Assembly: GCA_023474345.1 (NCBI GenBank)
Contig: JAMCXS010000024.1
Coordinates: 4,427 to 68,426 of the forward strand
Reading direction: 5' to 3'
Length of the DNA stretch: 64,000 nt
Source: Acidobacteriota bacterium
Lineage (GTDB): Bacteria; Acidobacteriota; Terriglobia; UBA7540
Shown: positions 17,278 through 26,225 of the stretch, piece by piece
Layout of the letters: each line of letters opens with the position of its first letter
Position numbering within the stretch: position 1 is the stretch's first letter
Position numbers and translations under genes: made by a program
The notes under the pieces: generated by a model
Database searches by the model: none
What the model was told of the DNA's origin: nothing
What the model saw: the letters and a program-made list of their open reading frames with translations, nothing else

Positions 17278-18789
17278 TTACTTCGCCTCGTTAAGGCCCG
17301 AGAGCTTCCCCAAAGCTCGGCTCAAGTTGGCCTGCATCCGTGCCCCCTGATAGGGAAACTGTTCGTGACTATAAACTTGAAGCGCACCGCGATAGGACTC
17401 CACCGCTTGCTCCAGCAGCTTGCGGCTCTCCTCCCCTGCGCTCCGTCTCCCCGCCGCCTCGAGCGCAAGCCCCAGGTTATTTTCCGCTTCCGCCCAGTCT
17501 TGTGGAAAAAGTTGGCGCGTGAAGACTTGGAGAGCCATGCGACAGGCGTCCACCGCTTGCCCCAGCAGCTTTCGGCTCTCCTCTCCCTCGCTATGCACCC
17601 CCGCCGCTTCCAGCGCACGTCCCAAGTTATTTTGCGCCCTCGCCCAATCTTGTGGGAACTGCTGATGCGTAAAGACTTGAAGGGCCTTGTGACAAGCCGT
17701 CACCGCCTGCTCCAGCAGCTTGCGGCTCTCTTCCCCTTTGCTCCGTTCCCCCTCCGCTTCCAGCGCGCGCCCCAGGTCATTCTGTACCTTCGCCCAATAC
17801 CAAGTTATCTGTTCGGACTTATAGACTTGAAGGGCCTTGCGGCAAGCCCTCACTGCCTGCTCCAGCAGCTTGCGGCTCTCTTCCCCTGCGCTCCGTTCCC
17901 CCTCCGCTTCCCAGGCGACGGCCAGGTTGTTCTGCATCATCGCCCAATACTCAGGCAACTGTTCGCGCGTATAGACTTGAAGTGTCTCGCCAAACGCCTC
18001 CTCGGCCTGCTCCAGCAGTTTCCGGCCCTTCTCGCCTTCGCTCCGCTCCCCTTGTAACTCGCGTGCCCCTGCAAGGTTGTTTTTCGTTGCCGCCCAATCT
18101 CTGGCCAGCCGTTCCCGCGTGCGAACCCTCAGTGCGTTGCGATATGCCTCCACCGCCCGGTCCAGCAGCTTGCAACTTTTCTCCCCTTCGCTTCGTGTCC
18201 CTTCCGCTTCCAGCGCAATCCCTAGATTGTTCTGTACCCCCGCCCAATACTCGGGTGCCTGCTTTCGCGTGTACACTTTAAGCGCCTGGCTAAAGGCCTC
18301 CTGGGCCTGCTCCAACAGCTTGCGGCTCGCCTCCCCTTCGCTCCGCTCCCCCTCCGCTTCCAGCGCAACTCCCAGGCTGTTTTGCACTGCCGCCCAATCC
18401 GCGGGCGACCGTTTGCGCCCGTAGGCATGAAGCGCGTTGCGATACGCCTTCACCGTGCGGTTTAGCTTCCGCCTCGCCTCTTCTTCGCTCGCCGTCCACT
18501 CTGCTTCGTCGGCTTTTCTAAGGCTTTCCTCTATCGTCCGATTTTCGGCGTATTCTTTCACAGCCGGGACCGGCCGAACCGCTGGGGTTTGAAAGGCTGC
18601 TGGCCGGGACGACGTGACGGCTGGAAATTTGCCCTGGGTTCGCCCCAGGTGGGTGGCCGCGGGTGTGCCGCTCGTCATGGTGGATTGCATTTCAACCACG
18701 GCTCCTCGCACGCCACTGGAACGAGAGCCATAAAGCAGGAACCAAGGCCAGGAGCAAGCCGTCAGCACAAGAAGGAAAGTGAGTATCAT
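17278..18789 (-). CDS. membrane-anchored (lipobox-like LTAC) helical-repeat protein, extended TPR-like 50-aa units
   Basis: 503-aa ORF with GGAGGAA 6 nt upstream of ATG 18789. The hydrophobic N-terminus is MILTFLLVLTACSWPWFLLYG. It contains seven full and two partial units of consensus WAxxQNNLGxALEAEGERSEGEESRKLLEQAVxAYRxALQVYTREQxPxD. Confidence 0.85.
   Translation of the reverse strand: MILTFLLVLTACSWPWFLLYGSRSSGVRGAVVEMQSTMTSGTPAATHLGRTQGKFPAVTSSRPAAFQTPAVRPVPAVKEYAENRTIEESLRKADEAEWTASEEEARRKLNRTVKAYRNALHAYGRKRSPADWAAVQNSLGVALEAEGERSEGEASRKLLEQAQEAFSQALKVYTRKQAPEYWAGVQNNLGIALEAEGTRSEGEKSCKLLDRAVEAYRNALRVRTRERLARDWAATKNNLAGARELQGERSEGEKGRKLLEQAEEAFGETLQVYTREQLPEYWAMMQNNLAVAWEAEGERSAGEESRKLLEQAVRACRKALQVYKSEQITWYWAKVQNDLGRALEAEGERSKGEESRKLLEQAVTACHKALQVFTHQQFPQDWARAQNNLGRALEAAGVHSEGEESRKLLGQAVDACRMALQVFTRQLFPQDWAEAENNLGLALEAAGRRSAGEESRKLLEQAVESYRGALQVYSHEQFPYQGARMQANLSRALGKLSGLNEAK
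17281..18528 (-). repeat. in-frame tandem array, period exactly 150 bp, about 8 units
   Basis: TCCAGCAGCT-type motif at 17411, 17561, 17711, 17861, 18011, 18161 and 18311. No indels disturb the 150-bp register. Confidence 0.9.
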
Positions 18790-18803
18790 TCTATTCCTCC
18801 GCG

Positions 18804-18956
18804 TTAATTATTTCGTACGTTGCGAAAGAACGGGTTGTGGGCCTCCTGGGTGAGCTCCACGTCCATGCTGTGAGGTATGTAGAGGGAAGTTTGGGAACTC
18901 CACTGGGTGGAGGGAGCGATCAGCCCAACGCTTAAGAGAAAGGCAAACACAACCAT
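18804..18956 (-). CDS. candidate small protein (50 aa) with hydrophobic N-terminus, coupled to the repeat protein
   Basis: Manual codon-by-codon translation gives MVVFAFLLSVGLIAPSTQWSSQTSLYIPHSMDVELTQEAHNPFFRNVRNN, with stop TAA at 18804-18806, 14 nt before the downstream start. Its own RBS is weak (AAGGAT immediately before the ATG). Confidence 0.3.
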   Translation of the reverse strand: MVVFAFLLSVGLIAPSTQWSSQTSLYIPHSMDVELTQEAHNPFFRNVRNN

Positions 18957-19447
18957 ATCCTTATGGCCGCTGGCAGGAAAAGTCTTGACGGCCTGGGATT
19001 ACGGACACCCTTTCGCGTTCAGGATGCAGGTCTAGCTCTGTTTTTCTTCCGATACAAATATTAGAGATGGAGACGGAATGCAGTGATCTAGATCACACTG
19101 CTCGCGTGAAAAATCCGTTGGAGTCGGACATCTGCAACCCTTCCCCCTGCGGTTCGGGTAGCGAGGACCGCCGGCTCTGCGGTCCGCGGCTTTTCTCTTC
19201 AAATTCGTGTCCGTTCATCCGACGGTAACAACGCGCGGTCGATGACCAATCTGCGGGTTCTGGTGGAACCTCTCGGAAAAGCAGGTAGCCGCGACACTGC
19301 TTTTCGCGTCGCGGGTTCTTCATCACCAAACAGTGCATGAGCCTTTGTTTACGCCACATCAACTCAAAAGGCCCACGACAGAAAAGACACTGTGGTGGCT
19401 ACCCACCCCGCCGAAACGGATTGGGTCGAACATGCCCGGCACACCTG

Positions 19448-19496
19448 TGTAGGGGCGATTCATGAATCGCCCCCGCGCGGAAATTCGGAAATCACG
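19448..19496. repeat. palindromic repeat family R2, copy b
   Basis: GTGTAGGGGCGATTCATGAATCGCCCCCGCGCGGAAATTCGGAAATCACG. The core GGGGCGATTCATGAATCGCCCC is a perfect 22-bp palindrome. It has the same orientation as copy a. Confidence 0.85.
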
Positions 19497-19584
19497 CTCT
19501 GAAAGGGTTCGCGCGCGGCCGCCGGATTATTTAAAATAGTGCCTGCTTGGAATCCACGAGGGTTGGCCTGATAGGGGAGGAGTT

Positions 19585-21399
19585 ATGCATCGACGGAGAT
19601 TCGTTCAATTACTCGGCGGGTTGGCTGCCGGTCCCGCGGCCGCGTCTTTACCGCGGCTGAAGGCGGCAGCGCCGGCGCCGCCCGCTCCCCAGGCTGGTGC
19701 GGGCGGCTTTGATCATTACACCGAGGATTACGCCCAATTTTGCGCCACGCCCGAGGACCAGCGGATCTTTTACGCGGTGCACAACGGCCGGATCGTGCGG
19801 GAGAAGCTGAACGATCAGGACTGGAAGGCCACGGTTTGGGAGAAGATGCCGAAGGTGCCGGTGCCGGGCGGCTCCCATGACGGCGTGCCGATGGCATCGC
19901 CGATCCCGGGCCTGGCCGGGGAGGGGCCTTACCAGCCCACCTGGGAATCGCTGCTCCAATACGATTGCCCGGAGTGGTATCGCGACGCCAAGTTCGGCAT
20001 CTGGAATCATTGGAGCCCGCAGTGTGTGCCGGAAGACGGCGACTGGTACGCGCGCTACATGTATATCCAGGGCTCGCGGCAAAACGTTTTCGATGTGGCG
20101 CACTACGGCCCTCCCGCGCTGTTCGGGTACAAGGAACTGTGCTCGCAGTGGACGCTCTTGAACTGGGAGCCCGCCGAATTGATGGACCTGTACGTGCGCG
20201 CGGGTGCGCGCTTTTTTGTCGCGCTCGCCAATCATCACGACGGCTTCGACACCTGGAATTCCCGCCATCATCCGTGGAACGCGGCGAGGCTCGGCCCGCA
20301 CCGGGACGTGATTGGAACCTGGGCAGCCGAGGCGCGCCGGCGCAATTGGCGCTTTGGCGTGACGGTCCACCAGGGCTTCAACTGGTGGTTCTTCCAGGTG
20401 AGCCACGGCGCCGACGCCACGGGCCCGTTCGCCGGGCGCCCCTACGACGGTCGCCTGACCCTGGCGGAGGGCCGCGGCCAGTGGTGGGAGGGGCTCGACC
20501 CGCAGCAACTCTATGCGCCCAAGCATCCGAATGACGCCCTGCCCGACGTCTCCTACGTTAAGAACTTTTACGACCGCACCCGCGACCTGGTGGACCAGCA
20601 CAATCCGGACCTGCTCTATTTCGACAATACGCTCTTCCCGCTGGGATGGGGCGGGATGAACATCGGGGCCTACTATTACAACCATAATCTGCAGGCCAAC
20701 GGCGGCAACATGCAAGGCGTGATCAACGTCAAGAGAGTCCCCCCGCGTCTAGCCAAATCGGTGGTGGCGGATTACGAGCGCGGCCTGGCGGACGCGATCC
20801 TTCCCTACCCCTGGCAGTCGGAGACCTGCATCGGCGACTGGCATTACCAGCGCGCCTTATTCGACGCCCCGGGCGAATATGGGGGCTATATGCCGCCGCG
20901 CGAGATTGTGCATTGGCTGGCCGACGCGGTCAGCAAGAACGCTACATTCCTCCTCAACATTCCCGGCAAGCCCGATGGGACGATTGACCGCAAGGAGCGG
21001 CTGATTCTGGAACGCCTGGCGGAATGGTTCCAGATCAACGGCGAGGCCATCTACGCCACTCGCCCCTGGACGGTTTTTGGCGAAGGGCCAAACCTGAGGG
21101 CGACGACGGTGCGCGGCAAATTGACGCTTCCGTCCGGCCCGCAGAATATCCGCTACACCCGGAACAAGGCCGGCAACGTGGTTTACGCCATCGCGCTGGG
21201 CTGGCCGGAACAGGCGCTGCTGCTGAGTTCGCTCGGAAGCACGGCGGCGAACCGGCCGGGCAAGGTGACCCACGTGGAACTGCTGGGCTCGCCGGAAAGC
21301 CTCCGCTGGCAACAGACCTCCGCCGGGCTCGGTATCGAACCGCCCCGGCAAAAACCGGCCTGCGACTACGCGGTGGTCTTCAAGCTTCAGCTCGCCTGA
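19585..21399 (+). CDS. alpha-L-fucosidase (GH29), Tat-exported
   Basis: 604-aa ORF with GGGGAGG upstream. It has a twin-arginine signal MHRRRFVQLLGGLAAGPAAA and the GH29 N-terminal signature WYRDAKFGIWNHWSPQ...YARYMY. Confidence 0.88.
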   Translation: MHRRRFVQLLGGLAAGPAAASLPRLKAAAPAPPAPQAGAGGFDHYTEDYAQFCATPEDQRIFYAVHNGRIVREKLNDQDWKATVWEKMPKVPVPGGSHDGVPMASPIPGLAGEGPYQPTWESLLQYDCPEWYRDAKFGIWNHWSPQCVPEDGDWYARYMYIQGSRQNVFDVAHYGPPALFGYKELCSQWTLLNWEPAELMDLYVRAGARFFVALANHHDGFDTWNSRHHPWNAARLGPHRDVIGTWAAEARRRNWRFGVTVHQGFNWWFFQVSHGADATGPFAGRPYDGRLTLAEGRGQWWEGLDPQQLYAPKHPNDALPDVSYVKNFYDRTRDLVDQHNPDLLYFDNTLFPLGWGGMNIGAYYYNHNLQANGGNMQGVINVKRVPPRLAKSVVADYERGLADAILPYPWQSETCIGDWHYQRALFDAPGEYGGYMPPREIVHWLADAVSKNATFLLNIPGKPDGTIDRKERLILERLAEWFQINGEAIYATRPWTVFGEGPNLRATTVRGKLTLPSGPQNIRYTRNKAGNVVYAIALGWPEQALLLSSLGSTAANRPGKVTHVELLGSPESLRWQQTSAGLGIEPPRQKPACDYAVVFKLQLA

Positions 21400-21502
21400 T
21401 TCGGCAAAGGGCCGGGCGGCGGCTCAGGCGGCGGGCGGCGTCAGCAAAGGACCATAGCTCGGATACTAGGCTACATTAAAACCAGGGCCTGTATCCGGCC
21501 CC

Positions 21503-21545
21503 AAAATGGGATTTCTGGGACTTTCGGGACGAAAAATCCCATTTT
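21503..21545. terminator. AT-rich inverted repeat between convergent genes (possible weak bidirectional terminator)
   Basis: Perfect 12-bp arms AAAATGGGATTT (21503-21514) / AAATCCCATTTT (21534-21545) with a 19-nt loop. A-run and T-run flanks are built into the arms. The stem is GC-poor, so terminator strength is doubtful. Confidence 0.35.
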
Positions 21546-21658
21546 GTAACTATTTAAAAATAAGACACTTGCTGAAATTATACGCCGCGCGGAATCACAT
21601 TTTTGATGAAAGTTGTTTCACCAATGCACACCGTGTAGAATTTACGCTTTCATCGCGG

Positions 21659-22537
21659 CTAGGAATCATTGCTCTCGACAAGCTGGCGCGCGCGGGCGGC
21701 GGCGCGAACCACGGCCTTGATAAGCGTGACGCGCAGGCGGCCCTCCTCGAGTTCGAGCAAGCCGTCAATCGTGCAGCCGGCCGGCGTGGTCACGACATCT
21801 TTCAGTTTGGCAGGATGCTCGCCCGTGTGCAGCACCATCGCAGCGGCGCCCAGCAGCGTTTGTGAGGAGAGTTCGGTTGAGAGATCGCGAGGCAAACCCA
21901 GCTTCACCCCCGCCTCGGCCAATGATTCGATGATCATGTAAACATAGGCGGGCCCTGAGGCCGACAGCGCCGTAATGGCGTCCATGTGCTTTTCATCCAC
22001 CACCACGGTGCGGCCCATTGCCGCAAAGATGCTCTGGGCGATTTCGACATCGGCGTCTGTGGCATGTTTGCCGCCGGCCAGCGCCGTCATTCCCTGGCGA
22101 ATCAGGCAGGGTGTGTTGGGCATCGTGCGGATCACGCGCGCCGGATGGCCAAGCTCGCGCTCGATCAGTGACGTAGTCACCGAAGCTGCGACGGAAACCA
22201 GCAAGGCCTCTTTCGCAAGCACGTTCCTGACTTCGTGGAGGAAGCCTTTCACCTGTTGAGGCTTGAGCGCAATCAGTACCACGCTGGCCCCTTTGACGGC
22301 CTGGATGTTGTTTGTGTGGGCCTTGATGCCGTACCTGCCTGCCAGATAGTCCGCGCGGGACTGATGCGCCACGGTAGATTCAATGCGTTCCGGAGTCAGC
22401 ATCTGCGATTGCAGCAAGGCGGAAAGCAAGCCCTCGCCGAGCTTGCCGGTGCCAATCAAAGCCAGCTTTTTAATGCGGTCCTGCGACTTCCTGACTGCAC
22501 TGATAGGAGCAGGATCCGCTTCTACCAATTGTTTCAT
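21659..22537 (-). CDS. proC: pyrroline-5-carboxylate reductase
   Basis: 292-aa ORF with Rossmann LALIGTGKLGEG. The C-terminal P5CR dimerisation region has the motif VTTPAGCTIDGL. Confidence 0.9.
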   Translation of the reverse strand: MKQLVEADPAPISAVRKSQDRIKKLALIGTGKLGEGLLSALLQSQMLTPERIESTVAHQSRADYLAGRYGIKAHTNNIQAVKGASVVLIALKPQQVKGFLHEVRNVLAKEALLVSVAASVTTSLIERELGHPARVIRTMPNTPCLIRQGMTALAGGKHATDADVEIAQSIFAAMGRTVVVDEKHMDAITALSASGPAYVYMIIESLAEAGVKLGLPRDLSTELSSQTLLGAAAMVLHTGEHPAKLKDVVTTPAGCTIDGLLELEEGRLRVTLIKAVVRAAARARQLVESNDS

Positions 22538-22633
22538 GAGTTCCTCCCGGAACTTGAGAGCCCCGCTGAGGTCTCGCGAGATGATCTCCGAGACCCCGGT
22601 TCTTATGAAATGCCTGGAGCCTTGAAAACGTGT

Positions 22634-23668
22634 TCAGCGTTTGGCTTGGGCTTGAGCGGCTGTGACTTCTTCTTTAGCGGTCTGAATCCAGGGCATCATC
22701 TTGCGCAACTCGCTGCCGACCTTCTCAATCAGATGAGAGGAGGCTTCTGCGCGCATGGCCATGAATTTCTTTCGTCCCTGGGCGTTTTCTTCCATCCATT
22801 CATGGGCGAATTTGCCATTCTGGATTTCTTCGAGAATCTTCTTCATGTTCTCACGAACATGCGCGTCGATCACTCGCGGCCCACGAGTATAATCGCCGTA
22901 TTCGGCCGTATCGCTGACGGAGTAACGCATGTACTTGATGCCGCCCTGGTAAATCAGGTCAACGATCAGCTTCAGCTCATGCAGGCATTCGAAATAAGCG
23001 ATTTCCGGCTGGTAACCCGCCTGGACCAGGGTTTCAAACGCAGCGGTGATCATCGCTGAAACCCCGCCACAAAGGTCAACCTGCTCCCCAAATAAATCCG
23101 TCTCGGTTTCTTCTTTGAACGTCGTGCCGATGACGCCCGCCTTGAGGCTACCCAGCGCCTTGCCGTACGCAAGCCCTCTCTGTTCCGCCTGGCCCGAGGC
23201 GTCCTGCTCCACAGCCAAAAGCGAGGGAACGCCAATACCCTCCGTAAACAGCTCCCGCAGGCGATGGCCGGGACATTTGGGTGCGATCATGATAACGTCC
23301 ACCGTCTTCGGCGGCGTAATGAACTTGTAATGGATGTTAAAGCCGTGAGCGAAAAGAAGCGTTTTGCCCGGCGCGAGATTTGGCTCAATGGCTTCCTTAT
23401 AGAGCTGCGCCATGGGGGGATCCGGAACCAGCAAAGCAATCAAGTCGCCGCGCCGCGCCGCCTCGGCGGGATCAAACACTTCAAGTCCCTGGGCCTGTGC
23501 TTTCGCCCGGGATTGGCTGGAGGCCGGCAGCCCGACGATGACCTTCAGGCCGCTGTCTCGCAGATTGAGCGCGTGTGCGTGACCCTGGCTGCCATAACCG
23601 ATCACCGCGACGGTCTTCCCCTCAAGATGCTTCAAGTCTCCGTCCTTCTCATAGTAAACTTTCGCCAT
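22634..23668 (-). CDS. ilvC: ketol-acid reductoisomerase (class I)
   Basis: 344-aa ORF beginning [12 protein letters not shown]..., with [21 protein letters not shown] and the knotted C-domain motifs. Confidence 0.95.
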   Translation of the reverse strand: MAKVYYEKDGDLKHLEGKTVAVIGYGSQGHAHALNLRDSGLKVIVGLPASSQSRAKAQAQGLEVFDPAEAARRGDLIALLVPDPPMAQLYKEAIEPNLAPGKTLLFAHGFNIHYKFITPPKTVDVIMIAPKCPGHRLRELFTEGIGVPSLLAVEQDASGQAEQRGLAYGKALGSLKAGVIGTTFKEETETDLFGEQVDLCGGVSAMITAAFETLVQAGYQPEIAYFECLHELKLIVDLIYQGGIKYMRYSVSDTAEYGDYTRGPRVIDAHVRENMKKILEEIQNGKFAHEWMEENAQGRKKFMAMRAEASSHLIEKVGSELRKMMPWIQTAKEEVTAAQAQAKR

Positions 23669-23742
23669 GTTCTCACCTTTTCCTTGTCGTAGTAAGTTGG
23701 GATCGCAACTTCCGATTGGGGAAACTGCGTGCGCTTGAAATG

Positions 23743-24228
23743 CTAGCTTGACATCGCGCCTACCAGTTCCATCTGCGAACTCTGCCAGCTCGTTTTGACG
23801 CGAGAAAGCGGCAGGAAACCCGGGTCGCCGAGCCCTGGGATGCTCTGGGGCAAACGGCCATCCGCACGAATTTCGAACAGGTACTTTCCGTGGCTTGCAA
23901 AAATGATCTTGGATCCGGGAAGCGCTTCCAGAATGCGGTTGATGTTTTCGGGATTCGCGTTCGATTCTACGAAAACATACGAGGCCGCTGAAGAAGGTTC
24001 GTGCCGATAGCAGGCGACATTAAATACTCCTTCCGTGCGGCGAAGATAATTAAAAATATGATCAATTTCCGTCCCCGGGGTGTCAACCACCGTAATGCAG
24101 GAGTAACCTTCCGACTTCGAGGCCAAGGTCATGGTTTCGATGGTGAGACCTTTTCGCCGGAATATGTTCATCAGCCGGCAGATCACAATAGGATCATGAT
24201 CGCTTTCAAGAGTCAGCAACCATTGCAT
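23743..24228 (-). CDS. ilvN: divergent acetolactate synthase small (regulatory) subunit-like ACT protein
   Basis: 161-aa ORF lying exactly between ilvB and ilvC. The ACT-like N-half ([21 protein letters not shown]) parallels the canonical ARVAGLFSRRGFNIESL region. The C-half ([20 protein letters not shown]...[10 protein letters not shown]) parallels the ALS small-subunit C domain. Similarity is weak by eye. Confidence 0.6.
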   Translation of the reverse strand: MQWLLTLESDHDPIVICRLMNIFRRKGLTIETMTLASKSEGYSCITVVDTPGTEIDHIFNYLRRTEGVFNVACYRHEPSSAASYVFVESNANPENINRILEALPGSKIIFASHGKYLFEIRADGRLPQSIPGLGDPGFLPLSRVKTSWQSSQMELVGAMSS

Positions 24229-24303
24229 GTGAAACTCCTCAAGTTCAAAATTATACAGCCATTGGGAACCGTTGGGAAAAATCCCGCGCGGAAACGCTTT
24301 GGA

Positions 24304-26094
24304 TTAGACGGCCCACAGATCGTCCAAGACTTCTTCTTCCTCGAGAAATCGCGGAGGTCCGACCATCATCTCACCCAAGCTGGCGCCAGGTGGGACGATT
24401 GGATAGCAATTCTCTGCCGGGTCGACCCAGAAATCAATCAAGCGCGGCTCACGGTCGTTCAAGAAGTCATGAATCGCCTCCTCGACGTCCGCCCGATGCT
24501 CAACCCGCCTGCCCCGAATTCCGTAAGACTCGGCGAGTTTGACAAAATCGGGTGAAAAGTTGAGGTCAGTATCGCAATAACGCTTCTCAAAAAAGATTTC
24601 CTGCCACTGGCGCACCATACCAAGGGACCGATTGTTGATCACTGCAATCTTCACGGGCACGCGATATTGCACAATGGTGGCAAGGTCGTTAAGGGTCATT
24701 TGGAATCCGCCGTCCCCAAGAAACGCAATCACCTGCCGGTCCGGAAAGGCCATCTGCGCTCCGACTGCCGCCGGAAAGCCATAGCCCATGGTACCCAAGC
24801 CACTCGAAGAGAGCCATGTCCGCGGCTGCCTGAAGTTGTAAAATTGCGCGGCCCACATCTGGTGTTGGCCCACATCCACGGCAATAATCGCGTCGTCTTT
24901 GGCAATCCGCGAAACCGCCTCGATGACGTATTGCGGCTTGACGATGTTCGAATATTTATCGTAGGCGAGAGGGTATTCGGCTTTCCACGACCCGATCCGC
25001 TGGAGCCATTGATGGCGCTCGGGAGATATAGAAAAGCTTCTGCGCCTCCTGATTTCAGACACGAGAGCTTGCAGCGTCTCGTGGGCGTCTCCCACCAGCG
25101 CTAAATCTACGCGGACGTTTTTGTTGATCTCAGAAGGATCAACATCAAGGTGAATTTTTCGTGCATTAGGAGCGAAGCCGTCGATACGCCCCGTAACGCG
25201 ATCGTCAAATCGCGCGCCTACGGCAATCATCAAATCACAATGGCAGACCGCCGTATTGGTGGCATAGGCTCCGTGCATCCCCAACATACCCAGCGAAAGA
25301 GGATGACTTGAAGGGAAACTGCCCAGACCCATTAGAGTGGTCGTAACCGGAATTTGCGCCAGTTCTGCAAGTTCCCGCAACTCCCCGGAAGCACCGGCTG
25401 AAATAATTCCTCCACCCACGTAGAGCAGCGGCTGGCTGCTTTCGAGAATCATGTCTACAGCGCGGCGCACCTCGCCCTCATTCCACTCGCGCAACCGTCT
25501 GGGACGATCAGTCTCGGTACCGGCAGGATAGCTAGGCTCAGCTTTTTCCACAAGCACGCTCTTAGGGAAATCAACCAGCACCGGACCCGGCCGGCCGGAA
25601 ACGGCAATTTCAAAAGCCTGCTGAATTACGGAAGGAATGTCCGCAGCTTTGCGAACCAGAAATGCCCGCTTGGTGGACGGCAAGGCCATCCCAACGGTAT
25701 CAGCTTCCTGGAAAGCGTCTTTTCCGATCAGGGACGCCGGAACCTGACCCGTCAAAGCCACAACCGGGATGGAATCCATGAGAGCGGAAGTGAGCCCTGT
25801 CAGCAAATTCGTGGCCCCGGGACCTGAGGTAACCAGGCAGACGCCCGGCTTCCCTGTAACACGCGCATAGCCATCGGCGGCAAAAGCGGCCGCTTGTTCA
25901 TGTCGTACCAGAAGATGGCGGATTCCCGCGCTATAGAGGGCATCATAAAGCGGCAGAACTGCTCCGCCCGGAAGGCCAAAAATGACCTTGACACTTTGGC
26001 GGCGCAGGCTTTCAAGCAAGATTTCTGAACCCGTGACTGATTTTGTCATATATTTTTCGATCTCCGGGATTCTTCCCCTTTTCCCTGTTGCCAA
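24304..26094 (-). CDS. ilvB: acetolactate synthase large subunit (ThDP-dependent)
   Basis: 596-aa ORF with FGLPGGAVLPLYDAL at the N-terminus and the ThDP motif GDGGFQMTLNDLAT...NNRSLGMV. A more likely start is ATG 26049 (MTKSVTGSEILL). Confidence 0.93.
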   Translation of the reverse strand: MATGKRGRIPEIEKYMTKSVTGSEILLESLRRQSVKVIFGLPGGAVLPLYDALYSAGIRHLLVRHEQAAAFAADGYARVTGKPGVCLVTSGPGATNLLTGLTSALMDSIPVVALTGQVPASLIGKDAFQEADTVGMALPSTKRAFLVRKAADIPSVIQQAFEIAVSGRPGPVLVDFPKSVLVEKAEPSYPAGTETDRPRRLREWNEGEVRRAVDMILESSQPLLYVGGGIISAGASGELRELAELAQIPVTTTLMGLGSFPSSHPLSLGMLGMHGAYATNTAVCHCDLMIAVGARFDDRVTGRIDGFAPNARKIHLDVDPSEINKNVRVDLALVGDAHETLQALVSEIRRRRSFSISPERHQWLQRIGSWKAEYPLAYDKYSNIVKPQYVIEAVSRIAKDDAIIAVDVGQHQMWAAQFYNFRQPRTWLSSSGLGTMGYGFPAAVGAQMAFPDRQVIAFLGDGGFQMTLNDLATIVQYRVPVKIAVINNRSLGMVRQWQEIFFEKRYCDTDLNFSPDFVKLAESYGIRGRRVEHRADVEEAIHDFLNDREPRLIDFWVDPAENCYPIVPPGASLGEMMVGPPRFLEEEEVLDDLWAV

Positions 26095-26225
26095 CCTCGC
26101 GGCCGGGATACCGACCAGTCGGTAGGTAGATTAACACGTTGACCGAAGGCGCGTCAACTCCTATTTTCCTTGGCGTTCTGGACCGCCGGTGAAGCAGTGC
26201 CAAGCGTAAGACAAGGTTAAGGCTT

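Noticed and set aside
17056-18057. 333-aa plus-strand ORF antisense to the repeat protein
   Set aside because: It is a shadow frame of the tandem array with an Arg/Leu/Pro-rich low-complexity translation and no RBS. The minus-strand frame gives the sensible protein.
17281-18528. Regular 150-bp repeat array as a CRISPR-like or non-coding satellite
   Set aside because: The period is a multiple of three, it lies in one long ORF with a good RBS, the units are diverged along their whole length (no repeat/spacer alternation), and the encoded peptide has a coherent helical-repeat pattern.
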